Translations under genes and position numbers: made by a program | In this document: piece after piece, positions 11,401 to 24,276 of the stretch | Numbering within the stretch: position 1 is the stretch's first letter | How the letters are laid out: the number at the start of each line of letters is the position of its first letter | Source: Stylophora pistillata | Taxonomy: Eukaryota | Assembly (NCBI RefSeq): GCF_002571385.2 | Contig: NW_019218048.1 | Location: 51,680 to 115,679, forward strand | Reading direction: 5' to 3' | DNA length: 64,000 nt | The notes under the pieces: generated by a model | The model's database searches: none | Told to the model about the DNA's origin: nothing | Seen by the model: the letters and a program-made list of their open reading frames with translations, nothing else

Positions 11401-12842
11401 AGGATGGGGGAGAACCGAGACGGTCACCCCAAACGACCCAACCTTTGTGGTATCGTCTAAGCCATGCCAGAGTGCTCAAACTAGAGTAAACTAGCGAGCA
11501 TGCGCAACTGCAACGGCAATGACTCATCCTAGATAGAGTGCTCAATTTGGACATGAAAGCAAAGCTTTGTATGCCAAAGAGCTATATCTAACTGCAGTAT
11601 ATATATTTTTTTTTTTTTCCGTTTGCGACCCTCGTTACCAATAATGAATAACGTGTTTTGAAAGACATGATTCTCTCTTGCCTTGGCAATTCGACTTACT
11701 CATTTTGCAACTCAAATTATTTTTATTGTGCTTTTCATAGCTCAACATCTTGATACTCGTGCGAGTCATAAAAGAGATGACCAATTTGGTACAGCCAACA
11801 GCAGAAGACAACCATTTTCAGCAAATACGGTAGGATTCACAACATAAATTTAAACAAAGTGACCGAAGCATGTTAATATATCATATTCTACGGCGATATT
11901 AACCTGCCCATATTAACCTACGGCGATATTAACCCGGCGATATTAACCTACGGCTTTATTAACCTGGCTTCCTCACTTCAGTTTGACATTACGATACCTA
12001 AAAATAACACTGCGAAAAAAATATTAATCAACTCTCATACTTGTATTTTTAATTGTTGTTTCTCTCAGACTTGGTATCAAAGCATCCGTTGTGATGATTC
12101 CTTTACTGGGTGTCACTTGGCTATTTGGGTTTCTTTCGCCTGTGCATAAAGCTTTTGCATACATTTTCACAATACTCAACTCTACTCAGGTGAGTGTTCG
12201 ATGGAAACTTTCAAAACCAATCAAGATTGTTTTATTTTCTCAGTTCTAGCCAGAGTGAGACACCTTTACCATAATAAATTAAGAGTGAATTTAAAAAAAA
12301 AAATCTTACCTCTTAACTTTTCTCTTACAAAGCAGTATTTCTTCCCTATTATTTATCTTTTCATATTCATGGCAGCCTCATTAGATATTTGACGTAACGT
12401 TATTTTACGCCATGTGTATGGATATACCCTAACCACGTACCCTCCGCTGCTTATAACCTGGATGGAATATTGTAATATAATAATGATATTGAAATCATGT
12501 TTCCGTCATAGGGTTTCCTGATTTTCGTTCTTCACGGCTTGCGAAATACTCAGGTAAGAAAAAAACAACAGCAACAACTCGAGATTAAAAGTAGTGTAGA
12601 TCACAGCGCGGTGTTTTAAGGATTAATAACTATTTGAATGCCACGAAACATATTGTATGTTGATTATTTATCTGCAGATAAGAGAGCGACTCAAAAGAAA
12701 GATCAACGTCGTTTTTACGTCTTTAAATGAGGACAACTCTACAAGGAAGAGCCTACATGTCAATTCAAGTGAAATTGGCGATGTACGGGCAGTTGAATTG
12801 CAGTCTCGCAGTAATCTTGAGCCGAAGTTGCGCTGTAATTAG
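3923..12842 (+). CDS. Adhesion GPCR copy A1 (Cys-rich domain, Ser/Pro stalk, GAIN/GPS, 7TM); 5' signal exons not seen in window
   Basis: Phase-compatible exons: 3923-4321, 4863-5047, 5140-5199, 5845-6052, 6385-6492, 6666-6753, 7528-7618, 7688-7740, 8377-8503 (GPS CSCNHL/THFAVL), 8600-8703 (TM1), 10062-10164, 10258-10408 (FCWMLVEG), 10495-10576, 10773-10839 (CWLS), 11741-11829, 12069-12189 (PLLGVTW...NSTQ), 12512-12553 (GFLIF), 12678-12842 (TAG). No in-frame stops found. Confidence 0.92.
5281..5460. repeat. Deleted hairpin-plus-tail family element; relative at about 49300-49530
   Basis: CACGAGCGCGCGTTGGATATGAGAT...GCATTATCCAATGATCCAGTTTTTAAT, with reverse-complement similarity to 49300-49530. 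Absent from the A2 intron. Confidence 0.55.
8880..9269. mobile_element. Tail-plus-hairpin element, older copy; deleted counterpart in A2 at about 31860-32048
   Basis: Starts TTATAACATAAC, hairpin at 9080-9265, reverse-complementary to 9612-9992. Confidence 0.7.
9612..9992. mobile_element. Hairpin-plus-tail element, younger A1-specific copy
   Basis: Near-perfect palindrome at 9614-9802 plus a tail bounded by TTATAACATAAC / GTTATGTTATAA. Absent from the A2 intron. Confidence 0.75.
11352..11596 (-). ncRNA. Retrozyme-like monomer with a type I hammerhead ribozyme
   Basis: Minus strand reads ACTGCA-CTGATGA-GGCC-CAGAA-GGCC-GAAAC-AGTACT-GTC (11391 to 11352). The helix I partner TGCAGT is at the opposite end (11596-11591). 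Absent from the A2 intron. Confidence 0.85.
11887..11967. repeat. Minisatellite (ATATTAACCTACGGCG-like units), also present in A2 at about 34130-34222
   Basis: Five to six tandem TATTAACC-containing units in both paralogous introns. Confidence 0.75.
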
Positions 12843-14090
12843 GTAACTGGACTCGACCATCAGGCAATGCTCATTGATCGTTCATTACGATCTTTTGGTT
12901 AAAAGCAAAAAACTGGATGCCTCGGATCTGAGTTTTAATCTGTAGGTAAAGTGGGGTTGCTTATATGATTGTATATTTCCTGAACGTTTGTTTAGTAGCA
13001 GGCTGAGTTGTCCACACAAAGGCTCTAGTCGTCGTAGCTAACTAATCTAGAAGTTATCGTTCCTGGTTCTTTTTACATTAGCATAGCTGCTCTGCTAATA
13101 ACTGACCTTCGAAGAAGACTGGAATCTACGTTAGACGTGCCGGGAATTTATGTAATGAAGTTAGCACTCATTCTTCTTTAATTAGCACTGTGTTTAATTA
13201 TAACATGCATTTAATTGCCTCTTTCAATCCATGTGCGTTGAGTTTTAGAACTCATTGCAGGATGGTTTAATATCTCATATGTGACCTATTAGGTACTGAG
13301 TGGATAAACAACTTTTTTAAAGTAGTATCTTGTTAATGTAATAGAAGCAACCTCATCTAACATTTAAATTTGTTGCTTATAAATGGATAGAAGGATAAAT
13401 AGATGGTTGAATGCAGAGTTAATGGAGAAATTAGTAGATTAAAAACAAAAATAAATTTATGATAAATTAAAAGCCAGCAGATTGGATATTTTGTGTATCA
13501 GTTACATTTATTTGGCTCATTTGTCTTCTTTGCTTCCCCGTGTTACGTAAAACCATCTTACAAGCATAAATGAATTGGAGAGTTTGGATTTGAATTAGAA
13601 AAATGCTAACCAAAAAATGGCGAGAAACTCATAGAAAATAGTAATTTGGAAAGAATTTGCTTACGCTAGATAATTTAAAGGAACAACGCATAGCAATGAA
13701 AATGCGGGATAATTACATGAGCCCGTTTTCCAAATATCATTACAAAGGGGACATTCGCATTGAAATAGAGTTCCATCAACACGAGTCGGGCAAGTTGTAA
13801 ATCTTACGTCTTCGAACCCGCTTCTTCAAAAAGGGTAGAAGAGAGTTCAAACAGTTGGACTCAAAAGTTATGGTCTCCATAACGCTAATGCAGTGTGAAG
13901 GGAGGGGTGAGGAGTTGTTTTGTAAGCTGGGAGCTAAATTAATGGCCGACAACCACCCTTGAATTTCTGTCCAGTTGCAGATCAACCCTATTAAACTCAT
14001 GAATCTATTAAACTCGGATAAAAAAAAAACCCTATTAAAAAAACCCTATCAAAAAAACCCTATTAAACTCAGATCAACCCTATTAAACTC

Positions 14091-15950
14091 ACTCAATTGT
14101 TTTTAATTCGGGGACAACTTTTTCAAACAAACCAATGCTGTAGCCATGGGCACCAAAATGGGACCTAGCTATGCCAATTTCTTTTGTAGGTTTTGTCGAG
14201 CACCAATTTTTCAGCCAATACAACGACTCCAAACCTGAACTCTACGGTTGCTACATCGACGACTGTATCGGCGCCACCTCCTATACCAGAGAGGAGCTGA
14301 CTCAATTCATAACCGCAGTCAATTCTTTTCACCCGGCTCTGAAATATACCTGGGAAACTTCTGACAATTCTTTATCCTTTTTAGACATCAAAGTTTCAAT
14401 TGAAGGCAACGGTTTATGCACTAGTGTGTATTACAAACCTACAGACTCGCATAATTACTTGTTCTATTCGTCTTCGCATCCATCNNNNNNNNNNNNNNNN
14501 NNNNNNNNNNNNNNNNNNNNNNNNNNNNNNNNNNNNNNNNNNNNNNNNNNNNNNNNNNNNNNNNNNNNNNNNNNNNNNNNNNNNNNNNNNNNNNNNNNNN
14601 NNNNNNNNNNNNNNNNNNNNNNNNNNNNNNNNNNNNNNNNNNNNNNNNNNNNNNNNNNNNNNNNNNNNNNNNNNNNNNNNNNNNNNNNNNNNNNNNNNNN
14701 NNNNNNNNNNNNNNNNNNNNNNNNNNNNNNNNNNNNNNNNNNNNNNNNNNNNNNNNNNNNNNNNNNNNNNNNNNNNNNNNNNNNNNNNNNNNNNNNNNNN
14801 NNNNNNNNNNNNNNNNNNNNNNNNNNNNNNNNNNNNNNNNNNNNNNNNNNNNNNNNNNNNNNNNNNNNNNNNNNNNNNNNNNNNNNNNNNNNNNNNNNNN
14901 NNNNNNNNNNNNNNNNNNNNNNNNNNNNNNNNNNNNNNNNNNNNNNNNNNNNNNNNNNNNNNNNNNNNNNNNNNNCACGTTAAGAATTCCATTCCTTTTC
15001 TCACTTTCTAAGACTTCGTCGTTTATGTAGTGATGACTCTGACTTCCACCACAAATCAGAGTCAATGTGCCAGTTTTTCGATAACGTGGCTACCCTGATT
15101 CTATTGTTGAAGCGGGTTATCACCGCGCTCAACTTATTGATCGACATTCAGCACTACAAACGTCACGTTTCACCCTCACAACCACTCAGTTAAATCCATC
15201 ATTCTTAAAAACTTTAAATTACTTCAAAACGATCCAGAGACAAGCACTATCTTTTCGCAGCCTCTGCTTATTTTATTCAAACGCGACAAAAACAGCCAAT
15301 TTTTCGGTCAGAAACTCTTTTCAGACTAATAACCAATCCGGCACTTTTAAATGCACTCGTGCACGATGCAAAACGTGTCCTTTCATTCATAACACTGAGA
15401 AAATATCGGGACCCAAATGATCCATTAAGATCACTGATCATTTCACGTGCACCTCCGCTAATGTAATCTATTGCATAACTTAAACTTATTGCAAAAGATT
15501 TACATCGGCGAAACAGGCAAAAGACTAGGTGACCGATTCCGAGAACACCTTCGCAACGTGGAGGGGAATGACAAGTACACATCGGAACCAGTCGCTAGAA
15601 ATTTTAATTTATCCAATCATTCTAAGCAACATATGGCAATCTGCGATCTTACCTTACACTTAGGTAGCATGGAAAGCCGCAAAACCCTTGAACAAAGGCT
15701 CATCTTTCAAAGCGGCAGTTTAAATCTCACAGGTATCAAAGAATATTTTCATTAAATTCATTTATTGGTGTTTTTCTCGTTGCCATGTTCCCACCAATCA
15801 CGTAGCTCCATTTTCTACCTTTAAAAGCACAGACAACCCACAATTCCTCTATTCGCTCCGACGAAGGGCTAACGATCGAAACGTCAGCTTTTATCATCGT
15901 AACGGTGGCCAATTTACCATTTCAACTTTGTTGATATATTCAAATTATAT
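14091..15950 (+). mobile_element. 5'-truncated, degenerate Penelope-like retroelement (Neptune-like): RT, Cys linker, GIY-YIG, 3' hammerhead-like motif
   Basis: AMGTKMGPSYAN, YIDDC, FLDI, SSHP..HVKNSIP, KCTRARCKTC and IYIGETGKRLGDRFREH. CCGACGAAGGGCTAACGATCGAAACGTC at 15858-15885. Absent from paralogous spacers near 36295 and 53155. Confidence 0.93.
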
Positions 15951-16119
15951 CTTATTAAACTCAGATTAAACTCACGATCTGACTTGGAGCTTATCGTGGT
16001 AGAATAGTAAGTATGCATATTAATTAACACCTGAACAAAAGATTAATGACAGAAGAGATAAGAATCATCAGCTAAAACGCGCTGCATGTCATCTGCGAGA
16101 TGACTGCAAAGTAACAATT

Positions 16120-16270
16120 TCCAAGAGCGTAGGACAACGAAAAAATTTCGAGTCCCCATGAGGAATCGATTCCACATGGAGACTCAGAATTCGAAACCAG
16201 ACGAGAAATATCTTTCTCAAAATTTTTACCGCTTTCAAAACTTACCATCTTTCTTCTAATTACTAACAAT
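16120..16270. repeat. Old interspersed repeat remnant shared by three paralogous spacers (also about 36460-36620 and 53330-53490)
   Basis: GGACAA.GAAAAATT.TGAGTCCCC...GGGGACTCAGAATT palindromic core in all three spacers. Confidence 0.6.
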
Positions 16271-16468
16271 TTCCATTCGCGCACACGAACAGGTGGGATA
16301 CTCGTATTAGCTACAGGTGGATGAATATGGACATAAATTGGTTTGACCCAACTATCTTCAAGTGGAACTCATAACTCCATTCTCAATAAGTAGTTTATTC
16401 TTTGATGGCATCTTTGTAAAATTTGAACTTTACCCAAATATTTTTTTTATACCACGAATATGGTTCTT

Positions 16469-17350
16469 ACTTGGAATCAAACAGTTCGAGGTGATAATTC
16501 CCTTTCTAGCTGTCATGTGGCTATTCAGCCTCTTGTCACCATCACATGAACCTCGCCCCTACATTTTCTTCATACTAAACTCTACTCAGATAAGCGTCCT
16601 AGACGAACCCGCGATAATGAATTAATGCAGATCTGTTAGTGACTTTCTACTCAAAGTAAGATACCTTTACAATGGTCACGTGCCATTTTTTACATATATT
16701 TCAAAAAACAAAAAGAGGTAAATATCTCCTTCTTGATTTACAATATCTGTATTTTTTTCTTCACTCCTATTTTTCTAGTCGTAATAATTACAATATTATC
16801 TGAAAAATTGGGCAAGTTATTTAAATATCCGTGCATTCTGGATAGTCGAGACAAGCCAATGCTTCCTTTCACGGGCATAGTACAGTATCTTTAAAAAAAA
16901 AAAAAAAAAAAAAAAAGAGCGAAGTTGAATACTTCAAGCGGTAAAAGAACCTGAACTGATTTCCAAAAGCATATGATTCCTTTCACGGGCATAGTACAGA
17001 AAAAAAAAAAAAAAGGACGTTAATATCCTGTTTCTACTACAGGTGTCCTAATTTTCCCTTTACACCGTCAGGTGGCAAAACGAATAAACTGCGAATATAC
17101 ATAATGTAGATCATGAGAATTTTACGCATGAATTAAAACTTATGAATGCTAACGAACTTATATTGTGCTGGTTGTCTATCTGCAGGTTAAAGCTGAGTAT
17201 CTGCGACTCAAAAGAAATATGAACACTGTCTTCTGTCTTTGAACATGGAGAACTCCCACAAAGTAAAACTCACCGGACAATCGAGGAGATGTCACCGAAG
17301 TATGGGCAGTTTGTTAACAGTATTGCCGTGAATCAGTTTTAATCGAAATA
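16469..17350 (+). pseudogene. Relic 3' end (TM6-TM7 and tail exons) of a further, more diverged adhesion GPCR paralogue
   Basis: 16469-16589 reads LGIKQFEVIIPFLAVMWLFSLLSPSHEPRPYIFFILNSTQ, with no acceptor AG and the donor changed to AT. A TM7 exon remnant lies near 17043-17071. A last-exon remnant starts at 17186 (CTCAAAAGAAATATGAAC...GTATGGGCAGTT) and contains stops. Confidence 0.85.
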
Positions 17351-17727
17351 GAACTCACTTTTGAAACTGGACTGAAAACTTATAAAGCTTCAACTTCATA
17401 AAAGTCTGTTTGTTTCTTGAATTTATCATTTCAGTGAAAAAAAAAATGTTTCACATCTGCTACAAGTTACGTTCAGTTTCTTAGTTCGTCTATTAAAAAA
17501 AAAAAATTAAAAGCAGGTAATACACGTACGTCATGAATATTCTACCGAGTATTATGATCTACTTTTAACTCCAGCTTATACTAAAGAGTTTGAAACACAT
17601 TGAGAAATTTCCGTTCACGCTTTGTCCCTAAAAATAATGTGACGTAATCTGACAACAGCTACTAATAACTACCTGTGTTTATATTGGGCTTCACGAAATG
17701 GATGGCGGGTGAGCTGAGTCCAGAAAA

Positions 17728-20700
17728 ATGTTTAAAACCCTTCTAGAGAGTTGTGCATTGGGTAAGTACTACCTTTTTTATTTCTGTTGGGTATGAGGTA
17801 GCAATAAGACCCACAGAATTGACCTACTATTTGTGGGCAATTTATATCTATGATTAAACTTCCTGTGACACTCACGAAAATGAAACCAAATAAAAGAAGT
17901 TTGGGAATTTTTTCTTGTAGTTAGGGTCACAATGTTTTTAAGTTTACATACGATACCAACTTAATCAAAAAAAAAATTGGTAGTTATTCTGCTGTGTAAC
18001 AGCTAAACCACACTTAAGATAAACGAACACAACAGCCTAAGTGCTATCTTTCTGAGCTTTGTGACGAGATGTCGAAAGGGAAACACGTACACCATTGCTT
18101 CTTGTTGATGCATCAGATGGCTGCTTGAAATATTTGGCAATCTTTGTCAAGCGACGGAAGTTGAGCATTTTAGAAGCAGTTGTATCAGTTCCATACTCAA
18201 TTAGTAGAGAAAGACCTTTCGTACCCTAGCCGCTTCTTGCCAGCTTTGAAATTGAACAGAACACAGTCGAGGCCTTTATATTTGTTAGTTTAACAGGCAC
18301 GATGTTACAAAAAATTAACATTCGACGCGGCGTTTGGAAAAAAAATTGATATATTACGACGATTTAAATTGATAACTCAGCGAACTAGAAACTGATTATG
18401 TGACAAAAACAAAAAAGCAGTAACTTTTTTATGGAAACTCTAGGTGAATAGGCGATATACCAGCATACAATTACTTAAAAACATCTGGAAAAAATGAATA
18501 ACACAGAACAAGAAATTAAAATATTCCAGAAAATCTCGCACAATCATTAGCAACAAACAAAACACCTTATTAATGAGACAACCATCGTTTAGAGTCGGAT
18601 ATTGATTGAGCTGGTTTTAGTGATTGAAGCTTTCTTTAGCTAATATATAAAAAAAAAACTGCCTGTTATTGAAAGATTTTTTTTTCTTTTTTTAATATAA
18701 GCGATTTTTGTGCGGTTTACCACTTCCTGATTTAAGAAAGCAAAACATTACTTATCATCTATTGCCCAAGCCTTCGTTTTAACTGGTCGCTTAATCTAAA
18801 AAGAACAGATTTATGACTCGAGTCATGTCGAGTACACAGCTTCCGATCGGGAATTACAACGTGTATTGCACCGTATTTGTATGAAAAGAAATTTAGATAT
18901 AGAGTTTAAAATACCTCAGAAAAACATAGCACATGTGCTATGAATAGTCAGCCAACGACAACCAAGGCAACTGAAACAACTTGCAATTCATTGTCGTTAA
19001 AATACAGTTCCATGTCGTGATGTTCTTGTTTCTACTGAACAAAACGATGCTCTACACATGATGCAAATAGTAATTGGTTTCACTGGCTGGTTTATTAAGA
19101 TAATTTCGGTGACGCAAACGATCAAAGTTTATGATATGCATAAATTACGTGGTACAAGAGCTTGCGAAATAGTTCGAAAGATTTTCTGCGCATGCTCAGC
19201 CTCCGAGAGAAACTTGCATCAATCTCATGACAACAGTTGACAGCAACATATCCATAGCTTGTATTAATGAATTTGGATGGTAGGTGAAATCAAAGCCAGA
19301 GAAATGTTCAACACGCTTTTTATTAGCTGCATATTGAGTAAGTACTAGCTTTATTATATCCCTTAGATGTGAACTATGTAGAAAAGTGGTTTCACAAATC
19401 CATAAAATTAACTTTAGAACAAAAAACAGGCTATTTCCAATAAATAAGTTGTAAGACACTTTTGCGTTTATTAATTTAATACGATCCAGACTAAAATAAC
19501 TTGGAAACACTCAGTCGAATGACAAAATCAAGCATGCAAGTGGTCGTCCTGATTCGTGGTTGTTTGGTTTTGACGTTTTGCACAGCAGCATTATTTTTAG
19601 CAGTGATATAAACCATAACATGATCGCAAAAATGGCCTCTCAGAATTATTCAGAATGATCGATGTTTTTTAATCAACATGCCGAATTTAAGTACTTGAGG
19701 TGACTGAAATTTGCATTAGGTTTGACAGATGTTTGAGCCAAGTCTAAGCGATAATTGCTAGTGATGGAAATTTTACCCATTGTTTTCAATTCTTATGATA
19801 GTTTCTAGGCTTCTCGAAACCTGAACCACTAGTGTGATTTATCTTTGGTTTGATAACTAAAGCTCAGCGCCAATTAATTAGTATTTATTGCATTATAATA
19901 ATAATAATGACTATTAGCTATCTGCCGGAAGGGCAAACCAGGCTTGAAAAACTTGTCGCTTCCTTGTAGGAAAGGTAAGGAAACTTGATCTTCTGATCGC
20001 ATCAAAGTCAATTTCGAGCTTAATACATAGACTTGTTAATTCTTATATCGTAAAACACAATTTTTGGTATTTTTTTTTCCTTTACATTATTCAAAAATGC
20101 CCGTGGGACCAATTGTTAAGTATGAAAATACGACCGCTACTCATGACAGTGTCGGTAGCCGTTCGAAACCAAAGGGAGAATTCATTTTTTTTATAAGATT
20201 GCATTTATAGCCAATGGTTTGTGGTTCTTTTAAACAATATTGGAATTTTACTGCGTTAGCATAGCCACATCTGAAGAAACATAAGACGTAAGCAAGGGTT
20301 ACTTTGCACAATTTTCGAGAATTCTCCAAACCTCATGAGAATCTCTTTTCGTGTTGCACAGAGAGGAGATGTGAAAATTATTCAGCATCACAAACGTTGC
20401 TGGTAAATTCAGTTTCTGTTCGAGAGCCCGCTGATAGCAGGCTAGCGAGCTGGGAAGTCTGAGAGTTTCCAGTTTTCTTTATTTCACATGTGCAGATTCC
20501 GAACGCCTTGATGATTTTCAGCCAGGTGGTAGGCATGTTGAACGAAAATATTTGCTTTTTTTCGTTAAACATAGAGTGACGTCCGTTGAGTCGCACATTT
20601 ATGAATATTAGATATTTCATGAAAAGGACCTATAAAATTCGCAACGAACTAGGGTTAATGAATGATGGAATTTTTCACAAGAACAGGACGATGAGATACA

Positions 20701-23700
20701 AATACGACAATCAGACATAGCTTAAGAGCGACTTTTTTTCAAGGCCGCGTGAGAAGTGGCACATCGATCGAAAAATGACAATCCTCATATTTCAGTCAGA
20801 GATGCCTCATGGTGAACGTAAAAACGTGGTAAAGTATTATTTTTTTCCAGATTTGCTTCTTTATCCTAGATAACTCACGAAAACTGAAACGAGCTCATGA
20901 AAAGCGCAAAAAAAGGCAAGCTCGTATCAATTCCACAAATTTTAGGAGAGATTGAGGCATGGGGCCATTTCAATTAATTTTGAGCTCACGGAGGGCTTAT
21001 AAAAATCACCAATATTTTAAGATCCAAATATCCCATTTCGTAGCAAATTTTCAATTATTATTTCCCCACACGGTATAACTCAGAATCGGCTGAGGTTAAG
21101 CTTGTGAAAAGAGGAAATGATGCTGTTTTCGAGGAGATAAAAATTAGTTTAGGGCTGTTCATTTCCGTGCGGAAAAACCAAGATGAACTTTGTGAAAATC
21201 GTAACATCGTCTTTACGTCACGATCTAATTAGGCACCCCGTGGTTAAATCCGAAACTCCAAGCACATTTTAGAAGTTAGCGCCGTGTTCGATTACGAAAT
21301 CACCATTTTTAATCGAAGATCATTAGACTCAGTCGTGAGTTAAAGAAGACGCTGTAGTACGGTCTTGCTCGATGATTATCACTGAAACAGATGACATCGT
21401 TTGACGGAGGGACACTGAAAGTATTATGCTAAGAGAAAAAATGATGCGTCGATCAATTCAAAGCTTCAACATCGCCTCTACTCGGGAATTTTAACTTTTG
21501 AAGATTGGTTCCTGCCTCCTGGACCAAAATCATATTCAAATGTCCTGCTGCCCAGGTGCTAGATCTTAGTGGTTCTCGATGGGGTTATCTGTCAGCGGTA
21601 AAAAGGCAAAAATTAGCCTTTAGGCATAAAAGCTGCCAATTTTAACCGTGAATCCTTAGAAAAATGTAGCCGCAAAAGATAGCACTAGCAGTTATAAAAT
21701 GGCCAAGAAACGTAACCATTAGCCGTGACAGCCATTTTTCCATTGAGACCCTCATTTCAATGTCACATCTTTTGTAAAAGGCACGACCAGCAAACGATTT
21801 GACTATTCAAGCTCCACAACCTACACCTGGTAGACCCTCTATATTCTGATGGATTTTTCTAGACAAGGTTTATATTCAAAGCTATATATTCAAGGTAGAG
21901 ATAATAAAGGCGAAAAGGTGTAGGGTAACTGAAGATCTCTCAATTTTAACGGTAGATGGCTGGTCTTAGTGGTAGTTGCTTTGATAGCTCCCAATGTGTG
22001 CTTGATAATTTTTTAAGGTAGAGTATTAATTTTTAAGAGTTCTGAGCTTTTTACAATTGAACTATTAAACTAGTTGGAAATATTGCATTTGTTTAATCTT
22101 CTGCAATGGTTGTGGTTGGAAAAGCGTCGTCATGGCGCCCTAGACATCCTACAGGTGTGTAAATGGGTGGAGGCGAATTCAAAATGGGGAGTAACCATGT
22201 GATGGACTAGCATCCCATCCAGGGAGAAGGGAGAGTAGAAATATTTCGTCACCTAGGCTGTATAGGCTACTGGCCTGGCGCAGACTTTTTTTAAATTCTA
22301 ATTCGTGTATCTCCATGAACAGTGCCAGTAAGTGGTGTTTTTTTGGGGGACCCTCAGAGAAAAAACTCGAATTAAGTTATTTAAATAATTTGTGCATCCA
22401 CCCATTAATTTTTAATCATCGATATTCTTATTGATTTATTAATTTACTTTTATCTTTTGAAAATTTATTATTTTTCTCTCAGTCCGGGAATTCCGGGAAC
22501 TCCAGGTATTCCAAGTATTCAGGTTCCGGTTCCGAATTCCGGCATTCCATATTTTCCAATCTACCAAAGGTAAACCACCAGTGTTCCACTGGAAAGACTT
22601 CTAAATTTCGGTTCAAATTCCACCCCCACTTAGGTAAGGCTCAAAGGACGACAGTCAAAAGCCTGTTGGTTACCCGGGATGTTAAAGCTGCGATTGATCG
22701 GTGTATAATGTCACTGACACCAATTCAACATTTTTTGAATGTCAACATCTAATAAAAGGAATGTCAATTAGTAAGCTAAGTAAAACTAATTCGATTGAGT
22801 TAACAACCACAGCTATAAAAATAAAACAAACTTGTGATTATGTGTGACTCTTTCTCCACACTGAATTTCTAGCAGAAAAACGCAAACACATGGTAAAACG
22901 TTACAAGCACATGTATTTTCAAACAAAAAATCTCTGTGAGAAAATAAACTATCGATGCAAATACCTCGAGCTTGAAGGTTATAACAGCTTACCATTAGCT
23001 AGGACATTCTTGAAGTAAATCCGGGCGTTCTGATTAGTTCTTACATGGTCTGGATTTTGCCATGCGGACCATTTTCGCGGAAGCCGGGTCGTAAGCCATA
23101 TATTTTTGTTTGCGAAAGCCGAAAAATTAAAATTAAAGAAATTTTCCCGGACGCCATGATGAAATACTTAGTAACATCGCTTGCTTGAGCTGTATTGGGA
23201 AATATTGGCTCTCGCGGTCATTTTTGCTCGGACCTCGCCGCGCTCATTCCGTATTACCACGATTTTGGTCCAATAATCCTCAGTGCGGCCCTCACGCTTG
23301 GTTAATAGGAAGCTATTTTTTTTCGGCAACTGCTCATTTTTCTTCCTTTACACAGCCTATGTAACTAGACACATTAGGTCTCTGTAAGCAAACCACAAAT
23401 TTAAAGAAAATCCGGAACAACGTGCCGCGCCATTTTTGCAGTTTGACTAGACCGGCGCTTGGCAACATTTTTGAAATCTTCCTCGAAATGATAACTTTTA
23501 AGAACAAAAACCTGAAAAAGAGTAAGCTAGAAAATCGTTCTCAAAAATGCCACACTAATTCTAAGATGAGACCTGCGTGTTTTTCCTTTAGCATGGCTGC
23601 ATGACTTTTCTGGAATGCATGGTATCTTTGTGACCCTCTCCTTCATCCAACGCTCAAAAAACAGTGATGCCCGAAACAGATGGTCGAGGCTGATTGCTGG

Positions 23701-24243
23701 AGGGTGCGTTAAGAATTGGCGCTCGATCTAAAATTAAATCTATCTCGGCCTCAACACCGGTATTGCTGACAGTCTTTAGGTGTTCAGAAACGACTTTACG
23801 GCACGAAATTAGTTGAAATACTTTTAGCTGAGGTATCAAAAGAATACCTTTTCCGGCTCGACTTAGTTGTTTTGATTTGCGAACAGTTTCCAGCCCAACC
23901 TATTTCCCTGAGTTTTGTAAATAAAACTCTGAATTTGGGAAGAACTTTCTTAACTCAGCTAAGATTCTATGTTTGTAGTAGTGATTTATTTATTTATTTA
24001 TTTATCTTCGCCAACCGGCAGGGACACCGCAACAGCTTGTGCCAATTACTGCGGGCCCAATAAACCCACCTTTTCCACCCCAGGGGAGGACATCCATCAC
24101 ACAGTAATTCCGTGCGTGGGAAATTAACGTCTCCTACCCCAACCCTGTAGGAGACGGGACCTCCATTTATTCGTCTCTATCCGAGAAGACTAGAATATCT
24201 AACCATTTCTTGATGTTATAGAAAGGCAGCAAACTCTTCTCAA

Positions 24244-24276
<33 letters not shown>

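Noticed and set aside
11887-11967. CRISPR-like repeat array (also 13981-14092)
   Set aside because: No unique spacers of regular length, no cas genes, and a eukaryotic intron or spacer context.
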